Source: a virus. From it: 64,000 bases of DNA. The notes beneath the pieces were generated by a model. The model was not told the origin of the DNA. It worked only from the letters and a program-made list of their open reading frames with translations, and searched no databases. A program made the translations under genes and the position numbers. Of this stretch, positions 57,708 through 64,000 are shown piece after piece (the first letter of the stretch is position 1; each line of letters begins with the position of its first letter). The stretch covers positions 32,001-96,000 of IMG/VR virus record IMGVR_UViG_3300021963_000038. One strand, written 5' to 3'.

Positions 57708-58408
57708 AAATAGCATTATGTCTATCAGGACAACCTCGTAGTGTAAAACAAGGCTATGAGTTTGTTAAACGCAACATACTAGACGGTAACGATGTTACCG
57801 TTTTTTGCCATGTTTGGGAAAATCCAGAGGTCATAGATATTGAACTTTATAAACCTGAAGCGTATATGATGGAGAAATCTTTAACTGATGACTTATCAAA
57901 ATACACAAGATTTCCACCACCACAACCAAATTGGAAAGTAAAAGATCCAGTCCGTTCAACATATAATCAATTGTATGCTATCTTAAAGTGCAACGAATTA
58001 AAACTTGTATATGAAGATGAAAACAGTATGAAGTTTGATTGGGTCATTCGTAGTCGTTTTGATTTTGCAATCAATGCTAAAATTCCATTTGAAGAATTAG
58101 ATAACAGTAAACTTCACATACCTAATTGCCGTATGGTACCAAGTCGTGATTTTGGCAATGACCAATTTGCATTTTCTTCATCTGAAAACATGGACAAATA
58201 TTCTGATACATTTAATCGTATCGATGAATTTTATGATTCAGGCACACAAATGATGTGTGAAGATTTGATGAGTGCAAATTGGAAACAGAAAGGTTTGATT
58301 GGTGAAAATCTTGTTTACTGTGATATCAATCACCCGTTTCCTCCAGGTCCATACAATGGAACTTGGCACAGTTTAATTCGTGAGGACTTTGAACAATGGC
58401 TTCGTTAG
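57704..58408 (+). CDS. putative glycosyltransferase-like protein
   Basis: MKIALCLSGQPR, FCHVW, FDWVIRSRFD, NDQFA. Confidence 0.55.
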   Translation: MKIALCLSGQPRSVKQGYEFVKRNILDGNDVTVFCHVWENPEVIDIELYKPEAYMMEKSLTDDLSKYTRFPPPQPNWKVKDPVRSTYNQLYAILKCNELKLVYEDENSMKFDWVIRSRFDFAINAKIPFEELDNSKLHIPNCRMVPSRDFGNDQFAFSSSENMDKYSDTFNRIDEFYDSGTQMMCEDLMSANWKQKGLIGENLVYCDINHPFPPGPYNGTWHSLIREDFEQWLR

Positions 58409-59121
58409 TAATTTGCATGGCTGGTTTGAATACCAGATTCCATGATGTTGGTTTTGATATACCAAAGTATTTGTTACCATGGAAAAATGAAACAATCATC
58501 CATGAGATTCTCAAACAACTAGGTAAATTTGATGAAATCCTATTGTTAGCTAATAAGCGTGATGTGTATTTCATGCCTAACTTGGTGAAAACTATTGAAC
58601 CACTTGGTCTCACTAAAGATAATATTCATTATATTGGTGACACAAGTGGTCAAGCACATACTGCTTATATTGGTGCCTCACTATTAAAGAACAGAAATAC
58701 CCTTCCCCATCCTTTCTTTGTTCATAATGCCGACACACTATTGATTGGCAGAGATTTCAAAGAAATTGAATCAACAATGTCTGATGGTTATGTTGATGTG
58801 TTTGTTGCCAACAATCCAAAATATTCTTATGTCAGGTCAAAAGATGGTCTTGTGACCGAGATTGTTGAGAAGGCTTTTATTTCTCCATTTGCAAGTTCTG
58901 GTCTTTATGGTTTTAATAATCCCAATCTATATCAAAAAATGTATGAATCTCTATCACAGGGATATATGGGAAAAGAAATGTATATTGCAAATGTGTTAGA
59001 CTATATGATAAAGAATAATATGTCGATTGGTCTAAATGAATTGAATAATGAATATGAAACAATCGTTCTTGGTAGTCCACAAGAATACGGCCTTGAATTG
59101 GCAAGAATGAGTTTAAAATGA
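58396..59121 (+). CDS. sugar-phosphate nucleotidyltransferase-like protein
   Basis: ICMAGLNTRF...PKYLL, GQAHT, HNAD, EIVEK, ASSGLY. Confidence 0.8.
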   Translation: MASLVICMAGLNTRFHDVGFDIPKYLLPWKNETIIHEILKQLGKFDEILLLANKRDVYFMPNLVKTIEPLGLTKDNIHYIGDTSGQAHTAYIGASLLKNRNTLPHPFFVHNADTLLIGRDFKEIESTMSDGYVDVFVANNPKYSYVRSKDGLVTEIVEKAFISPFASSGLYGFNNPNLYQKMYESLSQGYMGKEMYIANVLDYMIKNNMSIGLNELNNEYETIVLGSPQEYGLELARMSLK

Positions 59122-60086
59122 AAATAAAAGACTTGAAAGGTGGTTCTTTAAGTACCACAGAGTTACACGAAATTGATGGTGTTCATTATGTCAAAAAGAA
59201 AATCAATCTTGTCAAAGAAAGAGAATATGGATTTGTTCGTTGGTATTCTCAATTAAAGAAGATACAAAGATACTCTGTTGATTTTCCAAGTTTGTTTCCA
59301 AAAATTATTGATGTTTCATATGAAACAGACTATGCAGTTATGACTTTACAACACATGGAAGGTTTTAGAGATATCAAAACTATTCTATCCGAAGATAAAT
59401 TAACTGAGCAACAGATTATAAAAATAGTAGATGCTATTTGGAAATCATTTGCTTTACTACATTCTAAAACTTATCCACCAGTTATTGGTGCGCCTAAGTT
59501 ATATTATAAAGAAGAAGTGAGGCAGAAACTAAATGATGCTTTGATAAATGATGAATTTCTACAATTTTTCGGTCATGCTACAGGTGGCGTATTTGAATAC
59601 AATGGTGAAATGACTCATGGTATATTTTCTTATCTTTATGAATTAGAAAATATATTCTTTGATTTGAAACTTTCTTCTGAAGAAAACATACATGGTAATC
59701 CAACATTGGAAAATATGTTGTATTCATTTGAGGAAGATAGAGTTGTTTTTATTGACCTCTATGAAGAAAGTATGATGGACACAAAGTTTCTAGATTATGC
59801 ACAGGTGTTACAGTGTTCACGCAGTCATTATGGTTATATAAATGACCGTGATGTTGTTGTTATGGGTTCAAGTGTATCTCATAATTTAGAAATACCAAAA
59901 AACTTTGAGAAATTCAATTTCTATTTTGAATTGAAGATTCCAAACAATTGGATTAAGTTGGTAAATATATTAGAAGCCACACAATTCATTCGTATGTTGC
60001 CATTCAAATGTCGTGCTGGTGAGATTAAAAAGGCAAAGTTCTTCTATGTTCATGCCTGTAACTTATTAGGTAAGGTTTTAAATTAA
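59118..60086 (+). CDS. APH/choline kinase-like phosphotransferase
   Basis: GGSLS N-lobe, IHGNPTLENML, FID. Confidence 0.7.
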   Translation: MKIKDLKGGSLSTTELHEIDGVHYVKKKINLVKEREYGFVRWYSQLKKIQRYSVDFPSLFPKIIDVSYETDYAVMTLQHMEGFRDIKTILSEDKLTEQQIIKIVDAIWKSFALLHSKTYPPVIGAPKLYYKEEVRQKLNDALINDEFLQFFGHATGGVFEYNGEMTHGIFSYLYELENIFFDLKLSSEENIHGNPTLENMLYSFEEDRVVFIDLYEESMMDTKFLDYAQVLQCSRSHYGYINDRDVVVMGSSVSHNLEIPKNFEKFNFYFELKIPNNWIKLVNILEATQFIRMLPFKCRAGEIKKAKFFYVHACNLLGKVLN

Positions 60087-61219
60087 TGGAAAATGTATTA
60101 GTTAATTTTGACAATTTCAAAAGAACTTGGTCTGTTAAGGCAGAGTTACCTGTTTCTTTTACTGTCAAATATTCAAGTGATATTTTCAATTCATCTAACT
60201 TGGATTTGTTGTCATATAATGATTCTTATCGTAGGTTGGTTGTTATCGATAAAACAGTTTATGAAATTTACAAAGATGATTTGCATAGTTTTTTTGATAA
60301 ACATAAAGTTGAGTTGAAATTATTTGTAATTGATGCAACAGAAGAAAACAAGGATTGGAAACATACAGATGAAGTTTTAAGATTCTTTGAAGATGTTGGT
60401 GTTCTTCGTAGAGAACCAATCATTGCTATTGGTGGTGGAGTTTTACTAGACCTTGTTGGTTTCTGTTGCAGTATCTATCGCCGTGGTATTCCTTACATTA
60501 AGATACCAACAACATTATTGGCAATCGTAGATGCTTCAGTTGGTGTTAAAGTTGCCGCAAATCATTTTGATAGGCGTAATCGTATTGGTGCATACTATCC
60601 ACCAATCGCAACCTTTCTCGACAAGAAGTTTATCAAGACACAAAACGAAAGAGATATCGTTAATGGTATTGCTGAGATATTCAAACTTGCTGTTATCAAG
60701 AGTGAAGAATTGTTTGTCTTACTTGAAGAAAACTATGAACAATTAATTAATGAGAAGTTTCAATTTGGTGCGGTACCTGTTCGTGTAATCAACCTTGCAA
60801 TCACAGGTATGATTGATGAATTGGCACCAAATCTATGGGAAAAGAAATTAGACCGATGTGTTGACTTTGGTCATTCATTTGGTCCTTTGATAGAGATGAA
60901 TAACTTACCAAACCTATATCACGGTGAGGCTGTTGTGTTAGATTGTTTGTTCAGTTCTTGTATTGCAGAAGTTCGTGGGTATATCACAAGAGAACAGTTA
61001 TCGAGAATCTTTATTTGTGCTAAAAAATTAAAACTACCAACATGGCACCAAGATTTTTCTAAGGTTCGTTTACTTGAGTCTGCCTTAGAAGATACAAAGA
61101 AACACAGAAATGGTAATCAATATCTTCCTGTGCCAATTGGTATTGGACAATATACAATGTTGAATAATGTTACTGTCGATGAATTGAGAGTGGCAGCTGA
61201 TTTATTTGAGGAAATATGA
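60086..61219 (+). CDS. sedoheptulose 7-phosphate cyclase (EEVS-type)
   Basis: GGGVLLD, YRRGIPY..IPTTL...DAS.GVK, NRIGAYYPP, E..K, MIDELAPNLWE..LDR.VDFGH, HGEAV. Confidence 0.85.
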   Translation: MENVLVNFDNFKRTWSVKAELPVSFTVKYSSDIFNSSNLDLLSYNDSYRRLVVIDKTVYEIYKDDLHSFFDKHKVELKLFVIDATEENKDWKHTDEVLRFFEDVGVLRREPIIAIGGGVLLDLVGFCCSIYRRGIPYIKIPTTLLAIVDASVGVKVAANHFDRRNRIGAYYPPIATFLDKKFIKTQNERDIVNGIAEIFKLAVIKSEELFVLLEENYEQLINEKFQFGAVPVRVINLAITGMIDELAPNLWEKKLDRCVDFGHSFGPLIEMNNLPNLYHGEAVVLDCLFSSCIAEVRGYITREQLSRIFICAKKLKLPTWHQDFSKVRLLESALEDTKKHRNGNQYLPVPIGIGQYTMLNNVTVDELRVAADLFEEI

Positions 61220-61893
61220 AAACAATTTTAATTACTGGCACAACAAGTGGTCTTGGTGCTACGATTGCTCACCACTATCTCGAACAAGGTTGGAATGTAA
61301 TTGGTTTAGCTCGTAGTGATTCTATATTTTCATATTCTAACTATAAACATTATAAGACAGACATTAGTAAAATCTATACAAGTTTAAGTGATACCTTTGA
61401 CCAAATCGGAGATACTAAGATTGATATCTTGGTTAACAATGCCGCTATTTTTAAAATGAAATCTTTTTCAGAAACAAGAATTGATGATATGTGCGATATG
61501 ATTGATATCAATCTTAAAGGTCCAATGTATGTAACTAAGTTTGCATTAAAAAATATGGAAAAAGGCAGTCGTATATTTTTCATCAATTCAGTTGCTGGTT
61601 TAGAACAATTAGAAAACCAATCTGTATATTGTGCCACAAAACATGGTCTTACAGGATTTGCAGGAGTTCTTGGTAAAGAATTGCAATCAAAAGGAATCAA
61701 AGTTACCAGCATACATCCAGGTGGTATTGATACACCACTATGGAACAAAGATGTACCTTACCCATGTGGTGATGTAAGTAAGGCAATCTCACCAATAGAG
61801 GTTGTAAAATTAATTGATTTCGTGTATAATAGTAAATTCAATATTGATTATAAAACAATTAAAATGTTCCCTGATACAGAATGGCATCAATGA
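61216..61893 (+). CDS. short-chain dehydrogenase/reductase
   Basis: TGTTSGLG, LVNNAA, NS, YCATK, HPGGIDT. Confidence 0.9.
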   Translation: MKTILITGTTSGLGATIAHHYLEQGWNVIGLARSDSIFSYSNYKHYKTDISKIYTSLSDTFDQIGDTKIDILVNNAAIFKMKSFSETRIDDMCDMIDINLKGPMYVTKFALKNMEKGSRIFFINSVAGLEQLENQSVYCATKHGLTGFAGVLGKELQSKGIKVTSIHPGGIDTPLWNKDVPYPCGDVSKAISPIEVVKLIDFVYNSKFNIDYKTIKMFPDTEWHQ

Positions 61894-62612
61894 GTATTAT
61901 ACCTGACAACCACCTTTTCATAGTTACTTCTGCCCTTAATACGGGCATTGGTGTTATTGATTTTGAAACTCGTGTCAATCAAACACTTGAAACCTTGAAA
62001 GTTCTCCGTGAAAGAGTGCCTCAAGCAATTATTACTTTGACTGATGCATCATCAAGACCAGTAGATAAATCTATCATGGATGAAATGTCGAAGTACAGTA
62101 ACATAAATTTAATATTTCATAATGATAGTGACCTGTGTACACTTGCAAATGCTGGATTAAAATCACAAGCAGAAATTATACTGTTACATAAAACATTATC
62201 AATGTTCAAAATGAATGCTGATTTGTTAAAAGTCATGTCAAGTGTAAAGAGAGTTTACAAATTATCAGGTAGAACTAATTTGATTGATGGTTTTGACATT
62301 GAAAGATATAATGATAAAAACTTGTATGGTAAATATGTTTTTAAGAAACGTATGCCATCATGGATGCCTATCGATAAACAAGTTGGCACGGGTGCAGACC
62401 ACTTATTGATTACAAGAATGTATTCTATCTGTATTTCTTTATTAGATAACTACTACAATACATTACCTTTGATTTATCAATCTGTGAATGAAAACAATAT
62501 TGATACGGAACATGGACATTACAAGCACATAGATAAACAATACTTGGTTGAATTTGATAATTTGTATTGCCAAGGAACTATGGCATCAACAGGACTTACG
62601 GAAACATATTGA
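61890..62612 (+). CDS. hypothetical protein (possible glycosyltransferase-related)
   Basis: FIVTSA, R..QT..T, KLSGR motifs; ATGA coupling with the SDR. Confidence 0.5.
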   Translation: MSIIPDNHLFIVTSALNTGIGVIDFETRVNQTLETLKVLRERVPQAIITLTDASSRPVDKSIMDEMSKYSNINLIFHNDSDLCTLANAGLKSQAEIILLHKTLSMFKMNADLLKVMSSVKRVYKLSGRTNLIDGFDIERYNDKNLYGKYVFKKRMPSWMPIDKQVGTGADHLLITRMYSICISLLDNYYNTLPLIYQSVNENNIDTEHGHYKHIDKQYLVEFDNLYCQGTMASTGLTETY

Positions 62613-63895
62613 TGATTGATGATAAACTAATTGAAGAACTTGCTCGTCAAGCAAAACCAAAATATCAACAAGACTACACTAACTTTAATCCAGAAAAAGA
62701 TTATGTGATGTATTCTGGTCAGTTGTGGGACCATGACGAGTTTGCAGCTGGTCTTAAATCTTTTCTAACAGGTAAATGGTTGCCTGCTGGTGAAAGAGTT
62801 GAACAATTTCAAATGAAGTTTTCAAAGAAATATAATGTGAAGGCTTCGCACATGGTAAACTCTGGTTCATCAGCCAATTTGGTTATGATGGCCGCAGTTA
62901 AGAATCATCTACAATGGCAAGATGGTGATGAAGTTATCGTTTCACCTGTAGGATTCCCAACTACAATCGCACCATTGATGCAGAACAACCTCAAACCAGT
63001 ATTCATTGATATTGAGTTTGATACATTAAACTTTGATGTGAATCTAATCGAAGAAAAGATTACACCAAAAACAAAAGCAATCATTGTTTCTCCTGTGTTG
63101 GCAAACCCACCAGATATGGATGCGATTGTTGATATCTGCAAGAAACATAATCTTGTGTTGATTGGTGACAATTGTGATTCACTAGGCACCAAATGGGATG
63201 GTAAATTAATTACCGATTTATATTACTGTTGGTCAACATCATTCTATCCCGCACACCATATGTCAACAGGTGAAGGTGGCATGATTTCATCCAACGACAT
63301 TAAACTGATTGATGTTGCTAGGTCTATATCATGGTGGGGTCGTGATTGTTATTGTGTCGGTTCAAACAATATGTTACCATGTGGTACTTGTGGCAATCGA
63401 TTCGATAAATGGTTACCTGGTTATGATGGCATCATCGACCACAAATACATCTTTGCATATGCAGGTTATAATTTGAAACCACTTGATATGCAAGGTGCTA
63501 TTGGTATTGCACAACTAGGAAAAGTTGATTACATAGACCAGAAAAGAAAAGAACACAAAGAACGATTATCTAAACTGCTGACTAAGTATTTGAATGTTCG
63601 TATTGCAGATAAGTTAGAGAAGTCAGACCCATCATGGTTTGGTGTTCCAATTATTTGTGAATCACAAGAAGTGAAAGAAAAGTTAGTTGCCTTCTTTGAA
63701 GCAAATCGTATTCAAACAAGAAACTATTTTGCTGGTAATATATTGTTACATCCAGGTTTTAAACATCTAGATGATGCAAGTAAATATCCATTGGCAAACA
63801 AAGCACTATCTCATGTATTTTTGTTAGGTTGTCCTCCTTTTTGGAACGATGCAGTATTTGATTACATTGAAAAGGTATTAAAATCATGTCAGTAA
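62612..63895 (+). CDS. RfbH/DdhC (E1)-type PLP/[2Fe-2S] NDP-4-keto-6-deoxyhexose 3-dehydratase
   Basis: NSGSSAN, DNCDSLG, SFYPAHH (His at the usual Lys site), GRDCYC...C..C, GYNLKP; start moved to 62612. Confidence 0.85.
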   Translation: MIDDKLIEELARQAKPKYQQDYTNFNPEKDYVMYSGQLWDHDEFAAGLKSFLTGKWLPAGERVEQFQMKFSKKYNVKASHMVNSGSSANLVMMAAVKNHLQWQDGDEVIVSPVGFPTTIAPLMQNNLKPVFIDIEFDTLNFDVNLIEEKITPKTKAIIVSPVLANPPDMDAIVDICKKHNLVLIGDNCDSLGTKWDGKLITDLYYCWSTSFYPAHHMSTGEGGMISSNDIKLIDVARSISWWGRDCYCVGSNNMLPCGTCGNRFDKWLPGYDGIIDHKYIFAYAGYNLKPLDMQGAIGIAQLGKVDYIDQKRKEHKERLSKLLTKYLNVRIADKLEKSDPSWFGVPIICESQEVKEKLVAFFEANRIQTRNYFAGNILLHPGFKHLDDASKYPLANKALSHVFLLGCPPFWNDAVFDYIEKVLKSCQ

Positions 63896-64000
63896 TTATT
63901 GATAAACCACACTACAAATTAACCGTAGATAAAAATCCAGTTTTTAACCCACCAGAGTTGAAAGAATTAGTTTTTAAAAAAACTTCATACAATGAAGATG
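63886..64000 (+). CDS. partial ORF truncated by the window end
   Basis: ATG overlaps the previous stop; frame open to the edge. Confidence 0.4.
   Translation, partial: MSVIIDKPHYKLTVDKNPVFNPPELKELVFKKTSYNED

Noticed and set aside
60086-61219. Housekeeping 3-dehydroquinate synthase (aroB), or a complete gadusol/MAA sunscreen pathway
   Set aside because: The PNLWE/VDFGH signature fits sedoheptulose-7-P cyclases; no adjacent MT-Ox, O-methyltransferase or ATP-grasp gene; neighbours point to activation and transfer
667-63192. Numerous short minus-strand and alternate-frame ORFs in the track
   Set aside because: They are shadows of well-supported + strand genes with no recognisable motifs
62612-63895. 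AcbV-like aminotransferase making the cluster an aminocyclitol pathway
   Set aside because: The catalytic Lys position is His and an Fe-S motif is present, consistent with an E1 dehydratase

Overview
This 64 kb window comes from a low-GC, T4-like (gp55/gp45-type) myophage genome, and essentially all real genes lie on the + strand. The order is: repeat-rich tail-fibre genes, the neck/packaging/tail/head module (gp13-gp23, gp3), uvsY/uvsW, gp55, gp47/46, an early accessory region, the replication module (gp1-like kinase, gp45/44/62, regA, gp43, uvsX, gp41), and a sugar/cyclitol biosynthesis island running off the right edge. Gene calls rest on motif recognition and T4-type synteny; no database search was run. 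Two candidate systems stand out. (1) A DUF4338/DruA-like, putatively Mom-like GNAT gene is followed by a stand-alone transcription unit for a deviant 69-nt tRNA-Gly(ACC)-like RNA, suggesting a dedicated Gly-tRNA-dependent modification system; a second paralog sits beside a PD-(D/E)XK-like nuclease. (2) A phage-encoded sedoheptulose-7-phosphate cyclase (EEVS-type) clusters with a nucleotidyltransferase, kinase, SDR, glycosyltransferase-like genes, an NDP-sugar 4,6-dehydratase and an E1-type 3-dehydratase, suggesting a C7-cyclitol/pseudo-sugar pathway. Other points of note are Dps inside the terminase locus, a rubrerythrin-rubredoxin module, a GIY-YIG gene that duplicates the gp43 clamp-binding tail, a 5'-UTR pseudoknot, a ROSE-like hsp20 leader and a palindromic operator-like motif.
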